A stretch of DNA of 64,000 bases from Macrostomum hystrix (taxonomy: Eukaryota > Animalia > Platyhelminthes): positions 5,828,001 to 5,892,000 of the forward strand of contig CATNEN010000025.1 in NCBI GenBank assembly GCA_950097015.1, in the 5' to 3' direction. Positions 37,636 through 48,957 of the stretch are shown here, piece after piece. Both the position numbers and the translations under genes were made by a program. The notes beneath the pieces were generated by a model, which was not told the DNA's origin, did no database searches, and saw nothing but the letters and a program-made list of their open reading frames with translations. Position 1 is the stretch's first letter. Every line of letters starts with the position of its first letter.

Positions 37636-38939
37636 GTGCCAATTAAAGACGCTATAGGGGCCCGTTGCAAAGCCTCTGTGAACCTCTAACTGTTCACTTG
37701 TGATCTATTTCATTTTAGCGACCTATTAGGACATTACTTTCCCAATCACATATGACAAGCCATTTTAGCTGCGATTACAAAAACTGTAATACAGATTTTT
37801 TTAAATCCAGTGCTTAAATAAAAAATAGTACCAAAACTTCACACGACATTCCAACTGTTTCTGAAATCTGCGTCGTCTTAAATTAATTTAATTTCCGATT
37901 TCGCAAATTTGCTATTTGCTAATTTTGCATATATTTGCTAAAATTTATCTGACAGAAAAATGTTACGTCAAATAATTAGTAAAGTGGAGTGTATCTGCAT
38001 TGCAATGTCATGATGAAAAAAAAGTCATAAAAATTTATTGGTGCAATTTTTTTGGTGGAAAAAAACATTGTCTACCGATTGGTACGAGCTGTTGTTGAGC
38101 ACGTTTTACATCAAAACGTGTCTAAATAGCATCACTCTTATTATCTGCATATCTGTCTGTCTTTCCTTTTATTTTATACATTTCACAGCTAGTTGGTCTT
38201 TGAGTAGTTCGTACCGTACTAGTCCCTCTGCATCATGAGTAGGGCCGTGTTGAGTTCGGTGTTAGCCAACTACTTACTGTAGGAGAGGCTTGGTACTCGA
38301 GTACTTAAGTCCGTTAGCAGCAAGGCATTTCGTTAAAAACAAATTTCGATACTGTAGCTTTCGTTAAAAAAATTTCTCAGCCTTTGTAGTAACTCCTGGT
38401 GGCAAAAGCGAACTTCAAATATCGAATGGATGTTTTCGAAGTGCTGCGAAGAATCGATTTTTGAGCGAGAATCTCAGTTTCGTTTTTATTAAGTGTACAT
38501 GTGTATATACGCATATCCATGCGCATACATAAGTTCCGTCTACTATTCTACTGTTCTACTGTACGATACTACTAACTGTAGACAACTTTGCGCCATGCTA
38601 TTCTTGAAGCAGATACACTTGAGTTTTCACAGATACGAAAAGCAATCTAAAAAACTCTGTCGAGAGTAAAACTACTACTCCGTATGAGCTTACTTTAAGT
38701 AGTATCCGATGCCTTTTAGCGAATTCTCACGCCAACGAATGCCAGAAGACCAGAAACATAACATTTTGTTTTTTTTTCATGTTTTTTGTTTCAAAAGACG
38801 CCGGCTGTAGTTCGGCAAGCGAAACGACCCACAACCCAAGCTTATCCTCAGCTAAATACGAGTACCTGCTATCACATTTTAGGAAGCAAAATTTCTAGAT
38901 TCATTTCTGATTTTGTACTTTTCACATATCTTTTCACTT

Positions 38940-39025
38940 ATCTCTCCCGGGAGAGATGAGACTCGAGATCTCCCCATGTCTCATCTTTCCGTGTCTTATC
39001 TTTTCGTGTCTTATCTTTCCTGTCA
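38940..39025. repeat. Fold-back junction of the 16-bp gagacacaggagagat satellite family
   Basis: Perfect 18-bp palindrome atctctcccgggagagat (38940-38957), then agatgagac...gtctcatct and three degenerate reverse units. Confidence 0.6.
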
Positions 39026-39375
39026 TACTGAGTAAAAAAATGAAGCAATAAAACAAATCAACATTTAAATTTTATACAAAACCGTGAAATCCTTATAGAG
39101 CTATTGTTTTTTACTTTAGAAACTATGTATGTATTTGTCTAGGGCACTTTCTGAGCACAAAATATTGACTATCACAAACACTGCATGTTGTGATTTTACA
39201 GTCATTTTGACACTGGACGAAACACATAATGAGAGCCTTTTAAAATATTTTGAATGAAATGTCACCTACCTAAAGCATAAAAATACTAATGTGGCTAAAC
39301 AAAAAACTGTGGTTCACACGAACTAAAATGGCAAAGGTCAGAGCTTAGGGAGGACAGCTCCCAGCTACGCGCAGT

Positions 39376-39923
39376 CTAGACCATCGGCGTCTTCCACAGG
39401 ATGAAGACGAACTTCTCGTAGCGGAACACGAATGAGAAGTTGGGCTCGTGACCGAAGTAGCTCCAGTGCTGGCCCTTCACGATCACCACGTGCCACAGCC
39501 GGCCGTAGAGCTTGTCAGCCTGGCTCTTGATGCCCTTGGGCACATCCTGAGAGTGATTGGCGTGGAATATTCACCGCCAGATTTTACTAACTTTGATGAA
39601 CCCAACCGACACGGGATATTGTTTATTAGAATGCTTGACTCACCTTTAGCGCAGCGCTGGAGCGCAGGCTGTCAAGGCTGAGCTGTGCCAGCTTCGCCTG
39701 CCAGGAGGCGTCCATGTCGCCAGCGATCACCTCAACACCGGCTGGGAGCTCACTGCAGCGGAGTCATGTAGTAAAAGTATGAGAATGTTTGTTAAACCAA
39801 TGACACACGAAATCATGACATCGTTACCGATAGTACTCATTCTCAAACATTAGACGCAATAGTTTTCCAATGCTAACTGAACGAAAATTAAATGCTTTTT
39901 CAATTTCAGCCTTACCTAGCCAT
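39376..39923 (-). CDS. TAL-3: TAL-type DLC-only protein, 95 aa. complement join 39916-39923, 39644-39752, 39376-39546
   Basis: MAS|ELPAGVEVIAGDMDASWQAKLAQLSLDSLRSSAALK|DVPKGIKSQADKLYGRLWHVVIVKGQHWSYFGHEPNFSFVFRYEKFVFILWKTPMV*. A 21-nt exon (39916-39936) has a good acceptor (aatttgcag) and donor (gtaagg), and AG+T joins in phase. No EF-hand exons were found upstream. Confidence 0.78.
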
Positions 39924-40892
39924 GTTGCCGAAATAGCTGCAAATTAGACTTTAAGAAAAAGGCGGTACTGTCCAGAGCAGTTCTTTTGGCGTAGTGCCGA
40001 CACAGCGCAGATTAAAATATTTATATGGCTATTAAAGAAATGATGCTGCAGCACCGTCTACTCTTTCTTACCATTTGGTCCCTCTTTGTAGCACTTCGCA
40101 ATGCTCTATTTTTCATCTGGTCAGAGCAGCCGAGACTAGTCACAACCCCCTCCACGAGCCACAGCGCCTAAGGCCATGCCATTAGGGTCCTCCAGATATG
40201 AATAGGACTGGCCCTGTCACAATCTCCATACACAATAGAAGCCCACGCCCTAGAACCCTCTCTACATAGAACGGTCACAATGTCCAAGGTGGGTGCTATT
40301 GTGCTCGTGTTTCTGGGTGTGTTGCCTTTTTCATGCTAAGCAATGCTCGCAGAACATTTATTTAAGCTTATGCAAAATATGCGACTCAAAGCTTTGAGCT
40401 TCTTCATTGTTCTCTATGGTTAGTTTCGCAGTCTTCAGTAGGCTTTTGAACTGCAATTTATGGCAGATGCTGGTCTGTATAACAGGCACAAAGTAATTTT
40501 TGGATAGATGAAAAGAATGAAAGCTAGAATAGAGGTCGCTGAAAAAAAGACAAATAGATTTTTCGCTTCAGAATAGGTGAGTTTGGAAGATCGGATTTGA
40601 GTTCCACTAACTCTGGTAAAGAGAGAGACCATGTAATAGTACGAGAATCATTGGGTTATAAGCATGTGAAAGGATGATTTTGAAATCGAAAGAGTGACCA
40701 TGCAAGTGGGTGGACTAAAAAAAGCTTATGTAAGAGTACAAATATGCCTAAATTAACAGAAGCACTCATTGTTTTACATATTGTTCCCGTTTAGCATATC
40801 AGACATCGTTCGGACACTTTGGTTTAAAGCTTTCAGGAAATTTTAGGTCTTTTAGTCGTTTTTTAACGTTGCTCATCAGTCGAATTGACGTC

Positions 40893-41296
40893 GTTGTAGG
40901 ATATCGATGTTGTTTTTGGAAATCGACGTTGTTCTAGGAAACTGACGTTGTTCTTGGAAATCAACGTCGTTCTAGGAAACTGACGTCATTCTTGGAAACT
41001 GACGTCGCTCAAGGAAATTGACGTTGTTCTTGGAAATCAACTTCGTTCTAGGAAACTGACGTCATTCTTGGAAACTGACGTCGCTCAAGGAAATTGACGT
41101 TGTTCTTGGAAATCAACGTCGTTCTAGGAAACTGACGTCATTCTTGGAAACTGACGTCGCTCAAGGAAATTGACGTTGTTCTTGGAAATCAAATTCGTTC
41201 TAGGAAACTGACATCGTTCTAGGTAATTGACGTCTTTCTTGGAAATTGACGTCGTTCTTGGAAATTAACGTTCTTCTTGGAAATTGACGTCGTTCA
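40893..41296. repeat. Minisatellite, 19-bp units arranged as a 76-bp 4-mer higher-order repeat
   Basis: gacgttgttcttggaaatc-aacgtcgttctaggaaact-gacgtcattcttggaaact-gacgtcgctcaaggaaatt, repeated about 3 times. Confidence 0.92.
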
Positions 41297-42285
41297 AGCA
41301 CCTTTACAGCGTTCGATCCACTGAAGTAATTCTTGCGAATTGACGACGCTCTGGCAAATGGATGTCGTTTAAGGTCTGCATATTCGACAAAATTTTGAAC
41401 TTGTAATGCCTGAAAAACGAAGTTTGGTGCTTTAAAATTCTTACATTGTTCGCAATTCTTAAGACTTAAATATTTAAAATCAATAATAAAGATTTTATTA
41501 CTTTTCATCAAGAGAAGAGAAATTTCTACAGCATCCAAGATTTCACAGCAAGCGAAAGAAAAATAAAAAGAGAGAATGTCTTTTTTAGTCCGCTAGAATG
41601 GACGCCCAAAAAAGCCCAAAATGAAATGCTTCGCTTTCTGCAGGTTAGACAGGCAAACCCCAGGTGACAGGCGCCGTTCGGCTCTCCACTGGCAGACAGT
41701 AGCCACAGCGGCCCTTTCTACTCGTCTCGTCTATTGAATTCGGCATCGAAGACGTGCAGGCATTCTTGATGGCCTTTCCACCCGCCTCGGACAATGGAAT
41801 AGACAGCCAGCGCTTTCTGCAGCAGCCAGGTTTTAGTTGAAAACGAAGCATGAAATTTGTTTCGCACAACAGCGTCAGTTTTTATGGGTGTATAAATAGA
41901 GTACTCCTTATAGTATTCGTCCGATGTTTGTAACAACTGACTAATCTTATTTAGCTTTTACAACAGTAGTGGTATCATATCAAGAACTGTAGCAAAATAA
42001 TTTCATAGTATTATAGTAAGATCACAAGATCCTACATATTACATCTTGTTGGATCGAAAGCATTTTAAGACTTATATAAAGTTGTTGAGTTGTGGAGCTG
42101 TAACGCGTGGAGCTGGAATCCACAATTTCCTAACTCCATATAGCTTTATGCCTTATAAGCATAAAAATATATAAATACTACTTTAAGTAATTTTTATGCG
42201 CCTCAGAAGATGCGCCTTTTTCGTTCGGCTGTTACACTTCTAGCAACAAGGGGATAACTTTTTATTTTGTGTGATTTTTATAACA

Positions 42286-42317
<32 letters not shown>

Positions 42318-42319
42318 AG

Positions 42320-42352
<33 letters not shown>

Positions 42353-42379
42353 CATCTATCTATCCATCTATCTATCTAT
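42286..42379. repeat. (TATC)n microsatellite
   Basis: About 23 copies. Confidence 0.92.
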
Positions 42380-42721
42380 GCCTCGCGCTTGTGAGCGCTA
42401 GTGACATCTTCCTTAGTGACATACAAAAACGTTTTGTAGACCGTTTGGTCTAAAATTCGTCAAGGAAAGTGTTCGATTCATTTTATTGTTATTATATATG
42501 GCATATATTATTAAATTATATTCTATTATATTATATTATATATTACATAAGGCATATAGTACTCATATATTTTAGGTCACTTTTCGTCGACACAGAAAGA
42601 AAGCAGTAACAAATACAGTATTTAGTTTCTGTCGCGTCCTCCGTTTTCTTTCAGCGCTTTCCCGAAGTCAAACGTTAAGCTACTGCAGAATCCGTAATCT
42701 GCCTCAAGATTCTTCGATTCC

Positions 42722-44143
42722 TTATTCGACCTCAAAGTCAGCCAGCGGTCCTAGAGTTCTTGGCTTGGAAATCTTCTGCCAATAAGCGATAGAGACAATC
42801 AGCAGACAAGTAGCCGTTCCGAGAGCGCAGTGAAACTTCGGCTTCGAGCCACCAACTCCTGCATGGGTCAAATCGAAACTATTCAAAACAGATTTTACGG
42901 CCCAGCTGAGTAAGGCCGTTAAACCCCACACGGTGTAGAAAATTCCAATACAGGTAGCCTTGGCATCTCTTGTTGCCACGCAGAAAATCAGCTCATAATA
43001 TGCTAGAATCACAATGATGTGAACTAGTCCATCGCAGAATGAAAATGCGAAATACACAGCTGATGTTGCGAATGGATGTCCGGAAGCGTAAGTCCTGATG
43101 GAATCTGTTCGATAGTCAATCAGACTGATCACCACCAGCGGGATTTTGATCAGCACCATCAGAATGTGGCCGCTGAGGATGCGTACATGTAGAGTCACCC
43201 AGCCAGGTACGCAGCGCTTGTAACCTGCTATGGCCGCGAGAACGCTGGCTACAATCTCGCCGATAATGAATCCAACTGGACCAACGTACGAAGCGGCATC
43301 AGGGCCGCATTTGGTGTGCGTAAAGTATTTCAGCTGCTGCCAGTACAAATTGTACCTGTACAGATTTACGCAGGTGCAATACGGGATGATACCGGCGGCA
43401 ATCAAAAAGAGCCTCAATAAACGCTTCGGATTTGGCATGGAAAAAGAATTCCGGTTAGCAGCGAGTCTGGCAGGTCTCATCCGGCTGAGCTGGTCGTTGT
43501 ACACCAGCCTGAGAGAGCCCAATGCGACTCCTAGGAGCGAGAAGCTGTGCCCGGTGAAAACTCGCAGAATTGCAGGAAAGTTTCCCAACAGTTCGCCACT
43601 GGCCGAAGCGATAAGGTAGAGACTGATCACCAGAAGCCTGTTGTGACTGTCATTTGAAAAAAGCATCATCGCGTAGAGTATGAGAGAATCACCGAAGCTC
43701 ATAGACATGCGTATCGGAACCAGGTCTAGCAGACATGATGGCAACTGACGAATGATGTCGAGAAGCTCCAGGATAGTCAGTGTGATGGCTCCGCACAGTT
43801 GCATGATTGTGTCGACCCACAGCATTCGGAGAGCTCCAAAGAACCTATCTGATAGGGACCCGCCGAGTGAGGGCAGTGCGAAAGCAATTGTTGCCATGAC
43901 AACGACCAGGGCGACTGGCATGCAGCGACACTTGTGATCCTCATCCGGGCTATCGTCCATTGTGCAATTCCTGGAATCGGACAGCACTACGTCGAACGAT
44001 ATCATCATGTGATTAAACATATTGTTACTAATTTTTATGACGATGAACGCGATAATGATCTTTGTCAGTGTCCTTCCACTGACTATCGGATGGCTATAGC
44101 AGAGTCGGCAAGTGGCGTCGTCTCCGGCAGGTTCACAGACAGA
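42722..44143 (-). CDS. Divergent MFS transporter, POT/PTR2 (SLC15)-like; uninterrupted ORF, true start uncertain
   Basis: 432-aa ORF (42722-44020) with multiple hydrophobic segments, GGSLSDRFFG (MFS motif A-like) and AYYELIFCVATRDAKATCIGIFY (like the SLC15 EFxYxxAPxxMKS region). The frame stays open 41 codons further upstream, including another hydrophobic segment (TKIIIAFIVIKI). Confidence 0.7.
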   Translation of the reverse strand, partial: SVCEPAGDDATCRLCYSHPIVSGRTLTKIIIAFIVIKISNNMFNHMMISFDVVLSDSRNCTMDDSPDEDHKCRCMPVALVVVMATIAFALPSLGGSLSDRFFGALRMLWVDTIMQLCGAITLTILELLDIIRQLPSCLLDLVPIRMSMSFGDSLILYAMMLFSNDSHNRLLVISLYLIASASGELLGNFPAILRVFTGHSFSLLGVALGSLRLVYNDQLSRMRPARLAANRNSFSMPNPKRLLRLFLIAAGIIPYCTCVNLYRYNLYWQQLKYFTHTKCGPDAASYVGPVGFIIGEIVASVLAAIAGYKRCVPGWVTLHVRILSGHILMVLIKIPLVVISLIDYRTDSIRTYASGHPFATSAVYFAFSFCDGLVHIIVILAYYELIFCVATRDAKATCIGIFYTVWGLTALLSWAVKSVLNSFDLTHAGVGGSKPKFHCALGTATCLLIVSIAYWQKISKPRTLGPLADFEVE

Positions 44144-44254
44144 CTACCAATGTCTGCATCGTTTCCTTCCTCTTCTTGCAACATTGATGTGCTTGAAGAA
44201 TCTGATGTGTAGCTATCCGTGTAACCATTCACTGTGGTTAACCGAGACTGTTTG

Positions 44255-44450
44255 TCTCTGCCCAACGCATTTTCGCTAAGATAAATACTTCTTGCTTGTG
44301 CGCCATTTAGTTCGAAATTTCGAAAGCCTAACAGCTGATGACAAAATTGTGTATTTAATGACACAGGAAAGCACAGAATTAACAGAAAGTTTTGTGGACT
44401 TCATAGAAAGCATACTTAAAAAGCTAGATAAAAAAGCCACTGCCCTGAGG
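44255..44450 (+). mobile_element. Possible 3' fragment of a LINE ORF2
   Basis: CPTHFR*DKYFLLVRHLVRNFESLTADDKIVYLM resembles the post-RT C-terminal tail of CR1/L2-type LINEs. Pattern recall only. Confidence 0.3.
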
Positions 44451-44514
44451 CCCATAGTTAGAATGCTTGATTATACGAGTACGTAGTTTTAGTTATCTTA
44501 TATTTGATCGTAAC

Positions 44515-44860
44515 CAGTGGCGCAACCAGGGCGGGCGGGGTGGCGGCCGCCCCCCTTCGACCCGCGGGGCAATGTACGCAAAGGGCAATGTACGCAAAGG
44601 GCAATGTACGCAAAGGGCAATGTACGCATAGGGCAATGTACGCAAAGGGCAATGTACGCAAAGGGCAATGTACGCAAAGGGCAATGTACGCAAAGGGCAA
44701 TGTACGCATAGGGCAATGTACGCAAAGGGCAATGTACGCAAAGGGCAATGTACGCAAAGGGCAATGTACGCAAAGGGCAATGTACGCAAAGGGCAATGTA
44801 CGCAAAGGGCAATGTACGCAAAGACCGCCCCCACTAAGGCAAAACCTGGTTGCGCCACTG
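44515..44860. mobile_element. hAT-type MITE (346 bp) with an internal 16-bp minisatellite
   Basis: Perfect 16-bp TIR CAGTGGCGCAACCAGG...CCTGGTTGCGCCACTG. 8-bp TSD ATCGTAAC/ATCGTAAA (7/8). Internal array (gggcaatgtacgcaaa) x about 16 at 44566-44823. Confidence 0.88.
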
Positions 44861-46109
44861 ATCGTAAATTGCAAAAACACAATAGCTATTCTCTTTTCGT
44901 GAGCGAAGTGATTTCAGTCTCAGTTTTAATTTTCTCTTTAAATTTCAATATTTCATTTTCTGTTTCAATAATCATTCATCATATGTTGATGAAATTTTGA
45001 CCTTAAGCAAAGGTTTCTCGCATTTATATCCCGACCATCTGCTTTACTACTACACTCTAAAAGCTTTCTCGAAGCTACAGACCCAATTGAGCAGCCAAAA
45101 GTGGCGAATTAGCCTCGCACTATATTTTAATGGGACTTAACTAAGTCTATATTAACAGTAGGACTACCAACCCATTTTGCCGCCCGTTTTTATACCAAGG
45201 GGGATTTCCCAACCCCTGAGAACATTTTTTGGCAGCGCCTGAAAGCTAACCGCGCAGGGTGGTGACTGATTGGTTGACAGACTAGGCGATGGTGTACTGT
45301 ATAGTTTAGCTGCGCCTAATATTTAGGCCTCAGCAGTGAAATTTTAGAAATTCGCGTCAGGGTGTCCAGAGTGGCCTATTTCCACATTTTTTGCATTTGA
45401 AGGTCCCGCAGTCCTTCTAGATAAAGGTAGGTGACCACCAAAGACGGAGATGATGCAGGCACATTCGGGTGACATGCTGATAAAGTTTGAAGGTCTGGAA
45501 AGGCCGCACTGAGGCGCAGTGCAAATTCGTGTATAGGGGTGTATGAAATACACTAGCTCTTATGGGAAAAATCGGACCTTCGGCCAGAAACATTGAATAT
45601 CTCGACGGTCTGAAGAGCTGGCGACTTGTTTCTTGTTTCCGAAGATGCGCAACAAAAAGTTGGCCCGTGTTCTTGAGTTTCGTGTGCTTGCATTGTTCCG
45701 TTCGGGTGCAGCAAAAAATTGTCAGGGGGGATTCCCCCCCCTGGTAGTTCTACTGTTAAATCGCAGTCTAGCTGTGAAAGCAATGAGCAATTGAAAAGTC
45801 AATTCAAAAGTATTAAAAAAATTTCATGTAGTCGCTGTTATCAGTTGTAAGCCCAAACGTTTTTTATTCTCAGAAACAAATTGAATGATCTCAGCAGTAA
45901 GCTACTTCAAGTAACAACTTTGAATTACCCAGCAGTACATGTTGATTATGGCTTTTGAATAAGGCTAATCTTTTAGACCTGAGTATTCCTTGGAAAACAT
46001 CAAGTCAAAAGTGTTCCTAGATAACCATAGCGCTAGATAATGATAGATAATGGACTCAGAATCTGTCCACTGCAGTTTAACATAGAACTAATCCCACTCC
46101 GTGCTCCAA

Positions 46110-47134
46110 CTAGGCAACTGGAGTCTTCCAGATCAGGAAGATGAACTTCTCGAAGCGGAAGGCCAGCGAATAGCCGGGTGCGTAGCCGAAGTCGCACCAG
46201 AACTGGCCGTTCAGGATGACCACGTGCCACAGCTGGCTGAATCGCTTGTCGGCCTCCTTCTTGATCCACTTGGGTACGTCCTATCGAGTAGAATCAAATT
46301 CACTTCATTTTTAACAGCTCTAGTAAGCGAGGAATCAGAGACAGTTTACCTTCATGTTGGGGTTTGAGCGCAGTCCCTCCAGGCAGAGCTGGGCCATCTT
46401 GATTTGCCAGGACAGCTCCATGTCGGTGGTGATGATGGTCACTCCGGCTGGCAGGCCACCACTGGCCACCTTTTCTCGGACCTCGCTTATGCTGCACAAT
46501 GTGTAGGTTATGGGGTGCACCTGATATATTTTCCCTTAATAGTAAAAATGACCTGATAGATAATAATGTTTGTTTCTTGGGTATTTTGCATGTCCTATCT
46601 ACTATACTAATTCTACTATACTAATAGCGACAGTAAGGTGAAAATACCTATTAAATAAATACATATATTAAATATGTTTAGGCGATGTCGACTTATTACA
46701 CTACTTAAAGTGGCAGTATAAGTAATTTTCTATGTTTCTTTATTAGCAATTTATTCATTATAAGTAATCCGACATTATAGCAATATCCCCAATAACTTAT
46801 ATCCCATGTTCTGAGTCCTCCCAAAATAATTCCATAGACTGTGTAGTCCTCACGTTTGCTTATAGTTGAGGCCGAGCACATCGCAGAATTCCTCCAACTC
46901 GATGGTGCCCGAGTTGTCATTGTCGAACAGGTTCAGCCATTTCTGTCAAATAAAATAGAAGTCAATTGGCGTGTGAAATTAGGAGGAATAGTTATAAAAG
47001 TGTACTAAAGCTCTCACGTTAACAAAGCTCTCATCGTAGTTGTTCTTGGCCATGTAGACACGAAGCTCCTCAGCGCTGATCTGCAGCTTGCCCTGCGTGT
47101 CGATGGCGAACCAGGCATCCTTGAAGGCTTCCAT
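46110..47134 (-). CDS. Tegument-allergen-like protein TAL-4, 172 aa. complement join 47018-47134, 46854-46942, 46350-46491, 46110-46280
   Basis: MEAFKDAWFAIDTQGKLQISAEELRVYMAKNNYDESFVN|KWLNLFDNDNSGTIELEEFCDVLGL...LPAGVTIITTDMELSWQIKMAQLCLEGL...|DVPKWIKKEADKRFSQLWHVVILNGQFWCDFGYAPGYSLAFRFEKFIFLIWKTPVA*. It has the same three intron positions as TAL-1. Confidence 0.92.
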
Positions 47135-47220
47135 TCTAAGTACGGGTCTTCTATGCGAGAAAAGATGCTGCAGTGACACTTGACGATGAGTCGGTGATGC
47201 TCACTGTAAGGTGTTGTAGG

Positions 47221-47230
47221 CATTTATAGC
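47221..47230 (-). promoter_or_regulatory. Putative TATA box of TAL-4
   Basis: Minus-strand gcTATAAATg about 90 nt upstream of the ATG. TAL-1 (gataaataa) and TAL-2 (cataaata) have similar AT-rich boxes. Confidence 0.35.
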
Positions 47231-48371
47231 AAACCCCGATGCATGCCACCTGACCTGAGTCAGAGATAATGGAACGCGCTCAGTGCGCGAAGCATGTGAG
47301 GGGTGTGCTGTCGTCTTTTTGTTTCGGTAGCGAATTGCAGCAGGCGAAGAGACAAATAAGTGATGCATTTCACCAAGTTTTGTTTACTCGTTTTACTATG
47401 GCATTGCAGTTTGCAGGTATGAGCTTTAGGAACTCGTGCCTGACCCCATTGTGCTCTGATTGTCTATAGAGATGGCTCAAATGTTTGAGCTCGGGGGGTG
47501 GTTCGTGGCACACAAGCACTAGTGAATGGCAAATTTGGCTTGCAAATTGTAGACAAATTGTGCGTTGACTAAATGAAAAGGGTGTTATTGTATACCAATA
47601 GCAGAGCTCGCGGTAGCATTTGAGACTATATTTTCTTTTGAAGCTTCATTTATTGATGGCCCTACGACAGCCTCTTCAAAGCCCGCGCCATTATCTTTCT
47701 TACTTCTGCTATTGTTGAGTTTGTAGCGCTGCAAAGTGAGTCAAAGTGATGTCTCTAAGGCACTCGTACAGTGTACAATGTAGATTTTGTTTCCATTCTG
47801 TTTTCCTGCTTGCTTGCTAAAAACTAGCAGCAGTTTGAAATGCATGCGAGAGTTCAGTTTCTTCTATAAATTTGGAAATTAAATTTATTTAAACGTACGT
47901 TTGGATCAGTTAGAAAGTGAACAGCTGAATTAAAGTCCTTTTAATGCAGGTGCTTCGCTTGACAACCGTAAAAATCATGTATAAATTAAGTATACTTGTC
48001 CCAGTTGGGCCAGACAAGCATTTCAATTTTGCCTATCCGATTCCCACCAATGCGCGACAAAAAATCTAAGAAGTACGGGCGTTTTTGCTCCTCCGATGCC
48101 ATAACGCCATTGCGTTCTTCTAGGAGATTCTAGGAAAATTCTAGGATTTTCGGTCAAAGTGATATTTCTAAGTCCTTTGCACTAAGTGAAAATAGTCCAC
48201 TGAGAGCTTTCTAGAGTCTGAATAATTCAGAAACTCCCTTATTCTTCAACTTATACTTATATCGACACTGAAAGCTGTGTGCGGCTGTTCAGTCTCGAAC
48301 AGGGGGTGCACACCCTCAATTAATAAATGCTGGTAGCCATTGAACAACTGATCGCTAAAGAAATGCAGATC

Positions 48372-48460
48372 GATTTAAGTGTCTTATCAAGGGACACAAG
48401 TTTTCCAGTGGAGGTGCATGAGTCTGGAATCGAACCGCTGCCGGACGGTAAAGTCGTGAG
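48372..48460 (-). mobile_element. Partial SINE family B copy
   Basis: Minus-strand ggttcgattcc B box followed by ttgtgtcccttgataagacacttaa. Confidence 0.55.
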
Positions 48461-48957
48461 TCGATATGCATGTGTCCAAATCTCGGCTTCGTGCAGTTCT
48501 CTATATAAATTTGGGTTATAACTAATCGAGTTTTATAACAAGCTTCAGGTCCATACAGGACGAAACTTATACGATATAGTACATATTTTTATGTATCGCA
48601 TTTAATTTATGATTGTTTCTGAGCAATGTTCTTTAGTAAAAGCCACAGATATAAATGTTTACTCCGATGACTACGTAAAGAAGAAGGACGAAACACTCAT
48701 TTATTTGAATAGAATGTTAGAAAAGACTGGTTAATCGAGTCGTCCTTGGGTTATATTGGCTAGGCAAAGGCTACCTATGTATAATAAATAAAGGCTTGCC
48801 AACGACGGGCAATTTAACAGTGGAGCTATGACAAAATTTTCTATACATTATCGACAAAAGAACACTTTTTCGGAACTTTAAAACATTTAAACTGTGGGAA
48901 ATAACTGCCTATCGGTTTGACTCAGTTTTTAACGAAAGTGAGGTTGTAGCCAACAGA

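Noticed and set aside
41640-41940. GC-rich segment as the missing EF-hand exons of TAL-3 or another gene
   Set aside because: None of the frames I translated resembles an EF-hand or any family I recognise.
48645-48700. ccgatga...ggacgaaac as a Penelope-type hammerhead
   Set aside because: The core is CCGATGA rather than CTGATGA, stem II does not pair, and there is no Penelope ORF nearby.
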